In this document: positions 10,793 through 20,454 of the stretch, in pieces
How the letters are laid out: each line of letters begins with the position of its first letter
Position numbering within the stretch: position 1 is the first letter of the stretch
Source of the DNA: an uncultured Actinomycetes bacterium
Lineage (GTDB): Bacteria; Actinomycetota; Thermoleophilia; Gaiellales; Gaiellaceae
DNA: 64,000 nt
Direction: 5' to 3'
Assembly (NCBI GenBank): GCA_963764595.1
Contig: CAVXTG010000006.1
Location: forward strand, 71,168 to 135,167
Position numbers and translations under genes: made by a program
The notes under the pieces: generated by a model
What the model saw: only the letters and a program-made list of their open reading frames with translations
What the model was told of the DNA's origin: nothing
Database searches by the model: none

Positions 10793-11754
10793 GGCTCTGG
10801 GCGGCGACAGGCGACTCGATCGCGCGTCTGGACGAGACCGACGGAGCGTGGGAGGTCGCCCTCTCGCTCGAAGGCAGCGGCGCTCAGTGCGTCGCCGTCG
10901 ATCCGTCAGACCCGGACACGGCCTGGGCCGGGCTGCGCGAGCAGGGTCTGCGCCGGACGCGGGACGGCGGAGCGACGTGGGACGACGTCGGGCTGCCCGC
11001 TCCTGGGGTGTTCTCGGTCGCCGTCTCTCCTGCCGGCGGAGCCGTCTACGCCGGCTGCGAGCCCAGTGCCCTCTACCGCAGCGATGACAGCGGGGAGACG
11101 TGGCGGGAGCTCGATGCACTGCTCGAGCTGCCCTCGCAGCCGACGTGGAGCTTCCCACCGAGGCCCTGGACCTCCCATGTCCGCTGGATCGCACCCAGCC
11201 CGCACGAGCCCGACCTGCTGCTCGTGGGGATCGAGCTGGGCGGGCTGATGCGAAGCTTGGACGGCGGGAAGTCCTGGGAGGACCACCGGCCGGGAGCCCA
11301 GCGCGACGTCCACTCACTGACGTGGCATCCCACAATTGCAGGCCGCGCGTACGAAGCCGGGGGCGGGGGAGCCGCCTTCAGCGAGGACGCTGGGGCAACG
11401 TGGCGACCGGCCGACGACGGGCGCGACCGCCACTACACATGGTCGGTCGCCGTCCACCCTGCGGACCCCGACATCTGGTTCGTCAGCGCGAGCACCGGTC
11501 CGTTCGCGGCGCACGGCGGCCGTGACAGCCAGGCGCGAATCTATCGCCGTCGCGGCGGTGAGCCATGGCGAGAGGTCGCCGACCCGGAAGGCGCGATGCC
11601 GTATGCGCTCGCGTTCGACTCCGACGGACGCCTTTTCGCAGCCCTCTCGAACGGCCGCGTCCTCTCGAGCGCCGACGGCGGCGAGAGCTGGGCTCCGCTC
11701 GAGTTTCGCGGCGACTCGCTCGCCGAGCTCCACGCCCTAGCGGCCGCGGCCTAA
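10789..11754 (+). CDS. BNR/Asp-box repeat beta-propeller protein (sialidase-fold, function unknown)
   Basis: The TTG at 10789 overlaps the SDR stop (TTGA). Five Asp-box motifs (SxDxGxTW): TRDGGATW, SDDSGETW, SLDGGKSW, SEDAGATW, SADGGESW. Confidence 0.7.
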   Translation: MRLWAATGDSIARLDETDGAWEVALSLEGSGAQCVAVDPSDPDTAWAGLREQGLRRTRDGGATWDDVGLPAPGVFSVAVSPAGGAVYAGCEPSALYRSDDSGETWRELDALLELPSQPTWSFPPRPWTSHVRWIAPSPHEPDLLLVGIELGGLMRSLDGGKSWEDHRPGAQRDVHSLTWHPTIAGRAYEAGGGGAAFSEDAGATWRPADDGRDRHYTWSVAVHPADPDIWFVSASTGPFAAHGGRDSQARIYRRRGGEPWREVADPEGAMPYALAFDSDGRLFAALSNGRVLSSADGGESWAPLEFRGDSLAELHALAAAA

Positions 11755-11785
11755 AACGGCCACAACCGGCGCTAAACTCAACGGC

Positions 11786-13721
11786 TTGTACGCCGAAGCT
11801 GGGTCAAGGGCGGTGTACCTCCGTCGCAGACGGGCCGCGCGTCTGCGGCTCCTTTGGCAGTGGTCCCTGCTCGTTCTCGTCGCGCTGGCGATTACGGCGC
11901 TGATCCTCGGCTTCAGCTTCGCAGGCTCGGCGAAGACGCTCCCACCGGGCGCGACGATCGCAGGCCTTTCCGTCGGCGGGCTCACGACCGACGAAGCGCT
12001 CGCGAAAGTGAAGGCCCGCTACGACGTGCTCAAGGCGACGCCGGCCGAGCTCACGGCGGGGCCCAGGAGCTTCCGGATTCGTCCGAACGCGATGATCCTC
12101 CAGGTCGACTGGGCCGGAGCCGTCGAGTCGGCGCATCGACAGGGTGACGGCATCGCGCCTGTGCGCGGCCTTCGGCGCATCAGCACGCGCTTCTTCGGAG
12201 CCGACGTCACGCCGCGGGTGAACGTCTCGACTGCCGTTCTCGCGCACGAGCTCAACGTGATGCAGCGGCAGATCAACAGGCCTCAGCGCGAGGCGGCGAT
12301 CAGGTTCCGCGGGCTGCAGCCGGAGATCGTCCCGGGGGCGACGGGTCGGACGCTCGAACGCGAGGCTGCGGGCCGGCTTGTCGTCAGCACGCTCGTGTCA
12401 CTCGACCGCTCGCCCGCGGCGCTGCCCGTCCGCATCAGCCAGCCTCAGGTGACCGCCTCGGACCTCTCGCCGGCGCTCGACCAGGTCCGGACCGCCGTCT
12501 CGGGCCCCGTTCGGCTCACGCTCGGCGACACGCGCTGGCGTCTGCCGCGCTGGCGGATCTCGAAGCTGCTCCGCCTGCCTCGGAACGGCTCGACGACGGT
12601 CGGGATCGGCGGCACCGAGGCGAACACGTTCTTCCGGCGCTTCCGGCGCCAGGTCGACCGGAAGCCGGCCGATGCCGTACACGTCGTCCTGCCCAGCGAC
12701 CGCGTCCAGGTTCGACCCGCGAAGCCGGGCCTCGAGCTCGACGTCGGCGCGGCGGCCCGCGCGATCCTGGCCGCGGCGCTCACGCCCACCGACCGGGTTG
12801 CGAAGCTGGTCGTCGCGACGGCCCAGCCGGAGCGGTCGACACGCGAGGCGCGGGCGATGGGGATTACGGGCCGCGTCGCGGGCTACACGACCTACTACGG
12901 CGGCGAGCCCAACCGCATCCACAACGTTCAGCTGGTCGCGCGCCTGATCGACGGCGCGCTGATCCCGCCGGCGTCGACGTTCTCGTTCAACGCGACGACC
13001 GGCGAGCGCTCGCCCGAGAGGGGCTTCTTGGCGGCGCCCGTGATCATCAACGGCGAGCTCGAGACCGGCATCGGCGGCGGCGTCTGCCAGGTCTCCACGA
13101 CCGTCTTCAACGCTGCGTACGAGGCCGGGCTGCCGATCGAGTCGCGCACGAACCACGCGCTCTATATCGACCACTACCCGCAGGGGCGCGACGCGACCGT
13201 CAACTACCCGGACATCGACCTCAAGTTCCGCAACGACACCGGCAGGTGGCTGCTGGTGCGGACCTTCGTCGGCTCGTCGGCACTTGACCGTGAAGCTCTA
13301 CGGCAAGCCGCAAGGACGGCGGGTCGAGAGCGTGACCGCCCCGCTCGAGGAGACAGGGCCTCCCGACGTCAAGCGCACTGCCGACCCTGAGATGTTCGTC
13401 GGCGAAGAGGTCACCGACGAGAGCGGCCAACCGTCACGCAAGACGAGCGTCACGCGGCGCGTGTACACGAGGAACGGGAAACTGCTGTCTGAGACGACGT
13501 GGTCGTCCTGGTACCGGTCTGAGCCGCAGGAGATCCGTTACGGGACGAAGCCGGTGCCGAAGCCCGACCCGCCGCCGCCCCCGCCGAAGGACAAGCAGCC
13601 GCCTCCGCCCCCGCCTCCGCCGAGTGACCCGCCGCCGCCGCCGAGCCGCCCGCGCCGCCTCCGCCTCCGCCGCCGAGCCCTCCTAAGCCGCCGCTTCCGC
13701 GGATCTGATCTCCTGGGTTAG
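11786..13721 (+). CDS. VanW-family protein with G5-like domain and proline-rich tail, interrupted by a +1 frameshift near 13283-13286
   Basis: N-terminal TM anchor (WSLLVLVALAITALILGF). VanW core: STFSFNATTGERSPERGFLAAPVI...GGGVCQVSTTVFNAAYEAGL...ATVNYPDIDLKFRND. The frame changes at ...VRTFVGSSAL | TVKLYGKPQGRRVES (track ORF 13284-13721). Dropping one T from CTTG restores it. An alternative start is the GTG at 13813-equivalent position 11813. Confidence 0.75.
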
Positions 13722-13723
13722 CC

Positions 13724-13794
13724 GGCGGCGAAGCCGCCTGTCCGCGTCAGCGGTCCGGGGGAGGGGGTGTGGGGGAACCGGGAGGTTCACCCAC
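13724..13794 (+). repeat. Structured intergenic element, copy A (GAA-triloop hairpin plus GGGA-tetraloop hairpin)
   Basis: GGCGGC-GAA-GCCGCC at 13724-13738. GTGGGGGAACC-GGGA-GGTTCACCCAC at 13769-13794 (11-bp stem, one G.A mismatch). About 80 percent identical over about 35 nt to 29828-29863 upstream of lysS. Confidence 0.5.
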
Positions 13795-13809
13795 GGAGAA
13801 GCTTCGGTC

Positions 13810-14169
13810 TTAGCTATGGCTTCGGTCAGTCGGAACCCGCGTCGGACGGAGGCTTCCGGCGTCGACGCAGGCGTGAGCGGTCGAGCCTTCCGCGATCCGC
13901 TCGCCGTTCCGCTCGACGACGTACTCGAAGCGAAAGCGCGCTCCGCGCAGGTCGACACAGCGGATGTGGATCGTCAGGCGATCGTCGAAGTAGGCCGGCC
14001 GCAGGTAGCGCGCATGCGCCTCGAGGGTCAGCGCCTCGACTCCGTCGTCCCTGAGCGACGAGTAGCCGCCCCTGAACCGGGCGAGATAGTCGACCCGGGC
14101 GACCTCGAACCACACCAGGTACTCGGCGTTGTTCACGATGCCCTGAGCGTCGGTCTCTGCGAAGCGCAC
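13810..14169 (-). CDS. Acyl-CoA thioesterase, 4HBT/YbgC family
   Basis: IRVRFAETDAQGIVNNAEYLVWFEVARVDYL is the hotdog-fold YbgC signature. The track start is a GTG at 14169, but the family N-terminus (FNFQTEIRVRF) continues in frame up to the stop at 14212-14214 with no canonical start codon. Confidence 0.7.
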   Translation of the reverse strand: MRFAETDAQGIVNNAEYLVWFEVARVDYLARFRGGYSSLRDDGVEALTLEAHARYLRPAYFDDRLTIHIRCVDLRGARFRFEYVVERNGERIAEGSTAHACVDAGSLRPTRVPTDRSHS

Positions 14170-14219
14170 GCGGATCTCGGTCTGGAAGTTGAAACCGTCG
14201 ATGGCAAGACTCTAGAGCG

Positions 14220-14958
14220 GTGACCGTCGCTCGCCTGGCCGAGCTGATCCGAGGAGCAGGGGCCCGCCGTCGTGCTCACCGGCGCCGGGATCTCGACCGA
14301 GAGCGGCATCCCGGACTTCCGGTCGCCGAGTGGAATCTGGGCGCAGTACGACCCGCAGGAGTACGCAACGATCGAGGCGTTTCGCGCCGACCCGGCCAAG
14401 GTCTGGCGCTTCTATGCGCTCCGGTTCAAGGCGCTCACCGAGGCCGAGCCGAACGCCGGGCACCTCGCGCTCGCCGAACTGGAGCGGGCCGGGCACGTAC
14501 GGGCCGTCGTGACGCAGAACATCGACCTGCTGCACGAGCGCGCCGGATCGCGCGACGTCGTCGAGGTACACGGCTCGATCCGCACGTCGAGCTGCCTGCG
14601 TTGCGGCGCACGGCGGACGCTGGTCGAGCTCCTGCCGCTGATCGAGGAGAACGGCGTGCCGACGTGCAGCGAGTGCGGCGAGGCACTCAAGCCCGACGTC
14701 GTCTTCTTCGGCGAGCTACTTCCAGAGGCGGCGATCGACCGCGCGTACGAGCTGGCGCGCTCGACGGGCGTCCTGCTCGTCGTAGGCTCGCAGCTCGAGG
14801 TCTGGCCCGTGTCGATGCTCCCGGAGGAGACCGTTCAGGCCGGAGGCCAGGTGGCGATCGTCAACAAGGGTCCGACCTCGTTCGACGACCGGGCGACCGT
14901 GAAAATCGATGGGGGCGCCGGGGAGACGCTCACGGCGCTCGTCCGGGAGCTGAGCTAG
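14220..14958 (+). CDS. cobB: NAD-dependent protein deacylase (Sir2 family), interrupted by a +1 frameshift in GGGG 14259-14262
   Basis: From the GTG at 14220 the protein reads VTVARLAELIRGA, then shifts into track ORF 14272-14958: PAVVLTGAGISTESGIPDFRSPSGIW...QNIDLLHERAG...CLRCG...CSECG (Zn ribbon). Removing one G restores a 245-aa Sir2. Confidence 0.85.
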
Positions 14959-15140
14959 GCGGCTGCGCGGCGGAGCTGGCGCTCGGCGAGGACCCTCTGG
15001 CACTCGCTGCAGACCCGCTGCTCCACCTCGTACGGCACGCCGCTCCGCTGGCGAATCACGTGGGTGGTGACCTCGTGATGCCGGTGCGCGTGTGTTCTCC
15101 GAAAGACGTTCACTTTGGCGATGAGACCTTCCGTACTCAC
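14955..15140 (-). CDS. Small hypothetical protein (61 aa)
   Basis: Track ORF with mostly GC3-rich codons. It is followed upstream by a lower-GC 110-bp divergent region that looks like a promoter region. No family recognised. Confidence 0.3.
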   Translation of the reverse strand: MSTEGLIAKVNVFRRTHAHRHHEVTTHVIRQRSGVPYEVEQRVCSECQRVLAERQLRRAAA

Positions 15141-15250
15141 TGACCCTGTTCATTCGGACGCGGACGCTTGTCGGTTTGTTGGCGTCCATGCGCTGCCTTT
15201 ACCGCATCTGTACAAAGCTTCGAGGCCGGATCGGACGGTAAGGTTGCCGG

Positions 15251-15553
15251 ATGGCGAAGGAACGCAAGGATCTGCTCACCAGGCTCAGCGACGCCGGCGA
15301 GGACGCGCTCACCCGGGTCGCCGGCTCTCAGGCCACCAACCGGGTGATCGAGACCGTCGGCGGCATGCGCGAGCGGCTGGACGACATGCAGAAGAAGCTG
15401 CGCGGCCTGGACGCGTTGGAGGCGCGCGTGGCGAAGCTCGAGAAGAAGCTCGACGAGCTGTCGAAGCCCAAGCGGCGTACGACCTCCCGCGCGCGGTCGT
15501 CCACGACCGCGAAGCGCACGACCGCGAGCCGCAAGAAGCCGGCGTCTAGCTAG
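15251..15553 (+). CDS. Small coiled-coil protein with basic Ser/Thr/Arg/Lys-rich tail
   Basis: 100 aa. Heptad-like MRERLDDMQKKLRGLDALEARVAKLEKKLDEL, then KPKRRTTSRARSSTTAKRTTASRKKPASS. No family named with confidence. Confidence 0.5.
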   Translation: MAKERKDLLTRLSDAGEDALTRVAGSQATNRVIETVGGMRERLDDMQKKLRGLDALEARVAKLEKKLDELSKPKRRTTSRARSSTTAKRTTASRKKPASS

Positions 15554-16466
15554 TACCGCTACCCGGCACTCTCAGCCGGATCGCCGCCGGGACGATCTCG
15601 AAGCGCACGGGCGTCGTGCCCGGTTGCTCGCCGTCGAGCTGAACCGGCATCGGCGTGTCCGCCTCGATCGCGACCGCTGCGCCGCGCAGCACCTCGCCTT
15701 TGGGGTGCGGAAGATGGGTTCCGCGGTAGATCTTCGGCATCACACGCACGAGCTCGGCCTTCGTGACGTCTCCGATGAGCAGGACGTCGAAGAGCGCGTC
15801 GTCGGGCTCTGCGTCGGGCGTGATCATCATTCCGCCCGCGAGGTAGCGGCCGACCGCGACGACGGCATCCTCCATCAACGCCTCCCGCTTCTCATCGTCG
15901 ACACGCACACGCAGCGGGACGTTCTTCCAGCGGGCGAAGACGGCGCCGAGCGCGATCAGGTACGAGGTCTTGGCGCCGAGCGCCTTCGTCGTGGCGTTCG
16001 CCTTGGCGGCGACGGCGCCGCTCATCCCGACACTCGCCATGTTCGCGAACCACGCTGACTCCTCGCCGCCGTCCGCGGCGTACCACGCCCGGCCGAGGTC
16101 GAACGCGCGCGCCGTGCCGTCCTTCGCAATCCGGAGCGCGTCATCGAGGCGCTTCGTGATCCCGTGCGTGCGCGCGAAGTCCCAGCCTGTGCCGCGGGGA
16201 ATGAGCGCCAGCTCGATCCCGTCTCTGCCCGCGATGCCCTGGACGACCTCGTGGACCGTCCCGTCGCCGCCGACGACGACGAGCAGCGACGCGCCCTCGT
16301 CCGCGGCCTCGCGAGCCAGGTCGCCGAGCTGACCCGGCGCGTCGGAGAAGACAGCCTCGCCCCGAACCCCGGCGTCGTGTGCGGCGCGCGCGATCTCCGG
16401 CCATCGCTTCCCCGTCTTCCCGTTCGCCGACGCCGGGTTGACGAGGAAAACCGTCTTGTCGGCCAC
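15546..16466 (-). CDS. Diacylglycerol/lipid kinase family protein (YegS/DagK-like)
   Basis: 306 aa. Contains VFLVNPASANGKTGKRW and LLVVVGGDGTVHEVVQG (the GGDGT motif). Confidence 0.85.
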   Translation of the reverse strand: MADKTVFLVNPASANGKTGKRWPEIARAAHDAGVRGEAVFSDAPGQLGDLAREAADEGASLLVVVGGDGTVHEVVQGIAGRDGIELALIPRGTGWDFARTHGITKRLDDALRIAKDGTARAFDLGRAWYAADGGEESAWFANMASVGMSGAVAAKANATTKALGAKTSYLIALGAVFARWKNVPLRVRVDDEKREALMEDAVVAVGRYLAGGMMITPDAEPDDALFDVLLIGDVTKAELVRVMPKIYRGTHLPHPKGEVLRGAAVAIEADTPMPVQLDGEQPGTTPVRFEIVPAAIRLRVPGSGTS

Positions 16467-17176
16467 TACTTGCCGGTGATCGTTCGCAGCGCGAGCTCGG
16501 TCATCTGGTCGACGGCGGCGCGCATCTCCTCGTCGGAGATCCGCACGAATTCGCCCTCGACAACGACGTCGCTGACTGTCAGCAGGCAGCCGGCCTGGAC
16601 TTGCCTCAGGGCGCCCAGCGTGAAGATCACGGATGCCTCCATCTCGACGGCGAGGATCCCTCTCGCCGACCAGCGGGCGTACTGGCCGTCGTCAGGGTTG
16701 TAGAAGAGGTCGCTGGAGACGATCGGCCCGACGCGCACGGGCTTGCCTAGCTCCTTGGCGATGTGGACGGCGCCGTGCACGAGCCCGAAGTCGGCCGTGG
16801 GAACGTGCGGCTCGAAGTTGACGAGCTTCTCGACCGTTCGGTCGGACGCCACCGCCGAGACCGCGACGATCAGGTCGCCGAGGCTCAGGTCCGGCTGGAG
16901 CCCGCCACAGGTGCCGACGCGCAGCAGCCGCTTGACGCCGAGCTGCACGAGCTCCTCGAAGACGATCGCCGCCGATGGGCAGCCCATGCCGGTCGATTGC
17001 ACCGAGACCGGCTTCCCTTCGAAGGTCCCGGTGTACCCAAGCATCCCGCGCTCCGCATTCCGCTGGACGGGGTCGTCGAAGAACGTCTCGGCGATGTACT
17101 TGGCGCGCAGCGGGTCGCCCGGCAGCAGGCAGGCGTCGGCGTAGTCGCCGGGCTCGGCGCGAACGTGGATCGGCAT
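16466..17176 (-). CDS. deoD: Purine nucleoside phosphorylase, DeoD type
   Basis: 236 aa. Contains HVRAEPGDYADACLLPGDPLRAKYIAETF, SVQSTGMGCPSAAIVFEEL, RVGTCGG, EMEASV. Confidence 0.85.
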   Translation of the reverse strand: MPIHVRAEPGDYADACLLPGDPLRAKYIAETFFDDPVQRNAERGMLGYTGTFEGKPVSVQSTGMGCPSAAIVFEELVQLGVKRLLRVGTCGGLQPDLSLGDLIVAVSAVASDRTVEKLVNFEPHVPTADFGLVHGAVHIAKELGKPVRVGPIVSSDLFYNPDDGQYARWSARGILAVEMEASVIFTLGALRQVQAGCLLTVSDVVVEGEFVRISDEEMRAAVDQMTELALRTITGK

Positions 17177-17185
17177 GAGCGAACC

Positions 17186-17953
17186 CTATTCGGCCCGCAG
17201 GGGCGGCAGCGGCCGCTTCCGCATCCGGCGGTCACGCAGCATGCCGCGGACGACCAAGGCGACGACGAAGAGGATTCCTCCGCCCACAAAGGCGAACGGC
17301 AGGAGGAACCACGCATAGCTCAGGCGGCTCTTGGCGCCCGGGCCGCCCTGGACACCGGACGGAACGAGGTCGTTGGTCGAGATCACGGGCCCTCGGTTCC
17401 CCTGCGGCGGCAAGGGCGCGAAGACGGCGATGGGGAGCACCGCGTCGACGAGCCACCGCCCGTGGAGCTTCTGCATGTCGATCGTGAAGGCGATCGGCCG
17501 GAGCTCCTTCTTCCGGTTGGGCATCACCAGCAGGTCGAGGTTGACGTGATTGCGGATCGCGTAGTTGAGCGTCCAGCCGTGGAACCGGCGACCACGCACA
17601 GGGAACGGGTGGACCGGGATGTCGCCGGTGCGCCACTGCTGTGGCGTCGCCTGGCGTCGTAAGTTCGGGGTCGACACGTCGTAGGCCGCTGCGGGGTCCT
17701 GGCGGGCGATCGCCGCCGGCACGAAGCGGTCGAGAGCCGCGTTGATCGCGGACCGGTCCCGCTGCGTGACCTTCACAGGCTTCTCGTTGGCGAGGACGTC
17801 GATGCCCTCGCGACTCGAGAACGTCTCCGGCGGGAGCTCCTCGCCGCGCGGCAGCGCTCTTGCCGCCACCAGGACGGCAAGCGCCAGCGCGCAGAGACCG
17901 GCGGCCCAGGCGAGCCGCCGCCGGCGGCGGGGAGAGGAGAGCAATGACCCCAT
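17186..17953 (-). CDS. Hypothetical membrane-anchored protein
   Basis: The start is taken at the internal ATG (MGSLLSSPRRRRRLAWAAGLCALALAVLVAARAL). There is a second TM segment near the C-terminus (YAWFLLPFAFVGGGILFVVALVV). No family recognised. Confidence 0.5.
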   Translation of the reverse strand: MGSLLSSPRRRRRLAWAAGLCALALAVLVAARALPRGEELPPETFSSREGIDVLANEKPVKVTQRDRSAINAALDRFVPAAIARQDPAAAYDVSTPNLRRQATPQQWRTGDIPVHPFPVRGRRFHGWTLNYAIRNHVNLDLLVMPNRKKELRPIAFTIDMQKLHGRWLVDAVLPIAVFAPLPPQGNRGPVISTNDLVPSGVQGGPGAKSRLSYAWFLLPFAFVGGGILFVVALVVRGMLRDRRMRKRPLPPLRAE

Positions 17954-18030
17954 CCCGATCCGCGAAACTAGCGTAGACGGCGATACCACTGGGCAGGGAG
18001 TCAACGATTCAACGCGTCGAAGAGCCGACC

Positions 18031-18792
18031 TTGGAGCAGACGCTCGAGTTCTGCGCCGACGCTCCGGTCGAGCGGGTCTTCCTAGACGAGGCGGCGCGGC
18101 GAGGTTTCGGCCGGCTGCTGGCGACGATCGACGAGGGGCGCGTGACGGCGCTGTGCCATTTCGGCGCGAACGTCGTCCCTTCGGGCGAGCCGGCCTCCGC
18201 GTTTGCCGACGCGGCCTCGCGTTCGCGAGCGCGGATGATCATCGGCGACGAGAAGGCCGTGAGCGATCTCTGGGCGGTGGCTCGTCCCCACATGCCGGCG
18301 GCGCGCGAGGATCGGCCTGGTCAACCGGTGTTCGCGATCGAGCGGCCGCCCGAACCAGGCGGCTCGGCGCTGCGCGAGGCGAATCTGAACGACCTCGAGG
18401 TCTTGCTCCCGGCCTCGGCGGCGACTCACGTCGGCGAGATCGGGATCGATCCGCTGCTCGCGGATGCGAAAGGATTCCGCCGCCGGACACGCCAGCAGAT
18501 CGAGGAGAGACGCTCCTGGGTGTGGCTCGAGGACGGGAGAATCCTGTTCAAGGCGGAAGCCTCGGCCTGGACGCCGCACGCTGTCCAGCTCCAGCAGGTG
18601 TGGGTCGATCCCGAGCTGCGGAACCAGGGCTACGGGCAGCGAGGCCTGCGCGACCTGATCAGGTTGCTGCTCGAGCGGGTACCGCGCGTCTGTCTGTTCG
18701 TGCGGGCCGACAACCCAGCGGCGATCAGGCTCTACGAGACGGTCGGGATGGAGCGCGTCGGCTACTACCGGAGCCTGCTCTTTCTAGGCTGA
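18031..18792 (+). CDS. GNAT-family N-acetyltransferase
   Basis: 253 aa with a TTG start. The C-terminal acetyl-CoA motif is QLQQVWVDPELRNQGYGQRGLRDLIRLLL...LFVRADNPAAIRLYETVGM. Confidence 0.75.
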   Translation: MEQTLEFCADAPVERVFLDEAARRGFGRLLATIDEGRVTALCHFGANVVPSGEPASAFADAASRSRARMIIGDEKAVSDLWAVARPHMPAAREDRPGQPVFAIERPPEPGGSALREANLNDLEVLLPASAATHVGEIGIDPLLADAKGFRRRTRQQIEERRSWVWLEDGRILFKAEASAWTPHAVQLQQVWVDPELRNQGYGQRGLRDLIRLLLERVPRVCLFVRADNPAAIRLYETVGMERVGYYRSLLFLG

Positions 18793-19389
18793 TGGAGCGC
18801 GCCCTGTTCGTCCGCCACGGTGAGAGCGTCTACAGCGCCAAGTCGCTCGTGAACGGCGATCCCTCCGTCTCGTGCGGGCTCACCAGTCTCGGCCGCCAAC
18901 AGGCTGAGCAGCTCGGGGAGCGCCTGTCGGGCGAGCCGATCGGCCTCTGCGTCGTCACCGAGTTCGAGCGAACGCGCGAGACGGCCGACCTCGCCCTCGG
19001 CGACCGCAAGGTGCCCCGGCTCGTCGTTCCGGAGCTGAACGACCCCTTCTACGGGATGTTCGAGGGCGGGCCGCTCTCGGCGTACCGGGCCTGGGCGGCG
19101 ACACACGGGCCCGAGGACGCCGCTCCCGGCGGCGGGGAGACCCGGGTGGCGATCGCCACGCGCTACGTCCGCGGGTTTCCGGATCGTGCTCGAGCGCCCG
19201 GAGTCGACCATCCTCGTGGTCTGCCACTCGCTGCCGATCGCGTTCGCGCTCGCGTCCGCCGACGGCCGCGGCCCGCGGGCGAAGATGCCGCTGATCACGC
19301 CCGCCGAGCCGCACATCCTCTATGCCGACCAGCTGGCGGCGGCCGTCCGCCGGCTGGAGGCCTGGACGCAGAATCCGGTGTACGCGTGA
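18792..19389 (+). CDS. Histidine phosphatase (phosphoglycerate-mutase-like) family protein, interrupted by a +1 frameshift in TTT 19176-19178
   Basis: The ATG at 18792 overlaps the GNAT stop. Contains ALFVRHGESVYS (RHG motif). The frame changes at ...ATRYVRGF | RIVLERPESTILVVCHSLPIAF (track ORF 19186-19389). Confidence 0.75.
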
Positions 19390-19488
19390 TGCGTCGGCTG
19401 CTCGTCCTGGCCGCGATCGTTTGGACCGTGCGCTGGGCGGTCCTGCTCGTCGCGTCGGAGATCGAGCGACGGAGGCGACAATAGAGCG

Positions 19489-20454
19489 ATGAACCCCGAT
19501 GACCTCCGAGCGCGCGTCGAGCAGCACGTTCGTGCGCGCGAGCTGCTGCCGGCCGGAGGCGAGGTCGTCTGCCTCGTCTCCGGTGGGCCAGACTCGACGT
19601 GCCTCTGGCACGTGCTGCGCGAGCTCGGTTACTCGGTGTCGGCCCTGCACGTGAACCACGGCCTTCGCGGGGCCGAATCAGCTGCCGATGCGACATTCTG
19701 CGCCGACGTGCTGGGAGCGAAGGTCGTCGAGGCGCCCGGCACGACGGAGGCCGAGCTGCGCGAGCTGCGCTACTCGTTCGCGACCGACCGTCTGCGGGCG
19801 ACAGGCCATACCGCCTCGGACCAGGTGGAGACCGTCGTCTACCGCCTCGTCTCGAGCGGCCAACCCGGTGGCATCAAGGCGAAGCGAGAGGATGGTGTCG
19901 TGCGGCCCCTGCTGACCGTGTGGCGCCGGGAGACCGAGGCCTACTGCCGGGCGGTCGGCATGCCTTTCCGGGTTGACTCCTCGAACCCCGACACGAAGCG
20001 CGGGCTGATCCGGGAGCAGATCTTGCCGCTCCTGCGGCAGCTCGACGAGCGCGCCGAGAAGAACCTGCTCGCACTCGCGGAAGGCCGGCCGAGCCGGCTC
20101 GACGCGCTGCTCGGGAGCACCGAGGGGTCGGCCCGCGTGGATCTCGGTGGTGGCCTCCAGGCCGCGCGGGAATACGATCGCGTATGGCTCGAGCGCGGGC
20201 CGGTCCAACTGCGAGGAGAGGTGCGCTGGGGGCGCTGGCGGATCAGCTCGACCGTTCCCGGACTCCACGTCCGCGGCTGGCGGCCGGGCGATCGGCTCGC
20301 GAACCGCACGAAAAAGATTCAAGATCTCTTCGTCGATGCGAAAGTGCCGCGTTCGGAGCGTGAGGCCTGGCCCCTTGTCGTGCGAGGCGACGAGGTGGTC
20401 GCGGTTCCCGGGATCGTCGAGGCGGCGGGAGTGAGCGCGGAGAGGGTGGAATGA
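19489..20454 (+). CDS. tilS: tRNA(Ile)-lysidine synthase
   Basis: 321 aa. Contains VVCLVSGGPDSTCL (the SGGxDS PP-loop). Sits immediately upstream of hpt and ftsH, as in many Gram-positives. Confidence 0.9.
   Translation: MNPDDLRARVEQHVRARELLPAGGEVVCLVSGGPDSTCLWHVLRELGYSVSALHVNHGLRGAESAADATFCADVLGAKVVEAPGTTEAELRELRYSFATDRLRATGHTASDQVETVVYRLVSSGQPGGIKAKREDGVVRPLLTVWRRETEAYCRAVGMPFRVDSSNPDTKRGLIREQILPLLRQLDERAEKNLLALAEGRPSRLDALLGSTEGSARVDLGGGLQAAREYDRVWLERGPVQLRGEVRWGRWRISSTVPGLHVRGWRPGDRLANRTKKIQDLFVDAKVPRSEREAWPLVVRGDEVVAVPGIVEAAGVSAERVE

Noticed and set aside
13560-13721. The proline-rich C-terminal tail of the VanW protein switches from PPPP to an Arg/Leu-rich ending, while an alternative frame (stop at 13706-13708) would continue as Pro-rich. 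This is a possible extra frameshift.
   Set aside because: Low-complexity sequence gives no homology anchor for choosing between the frames, so this cannot be supported either way.
13767-14054. Track ORFs 13767-14054 and 29828 onward both encode a WGNREV(H/S)P peptide, which hints at a conserved leader peptide.
   Set aside because: The shared peptide is a by-product of the shared nucleotide hairpin (GGGGAA(A)CCGGGAGGT). ORF 13767 is antisense to the thioesterase gene, and the 29828 start lies upstream of the obvious lysS ATG.
15205-15215. A single CTGTACAA motif in the 15140-15250 spacer resembles the CarH-type repeats at 50021-50094.
   Set aside because: There is only one copy and no 11-bp phased partners, so it is probably chance.
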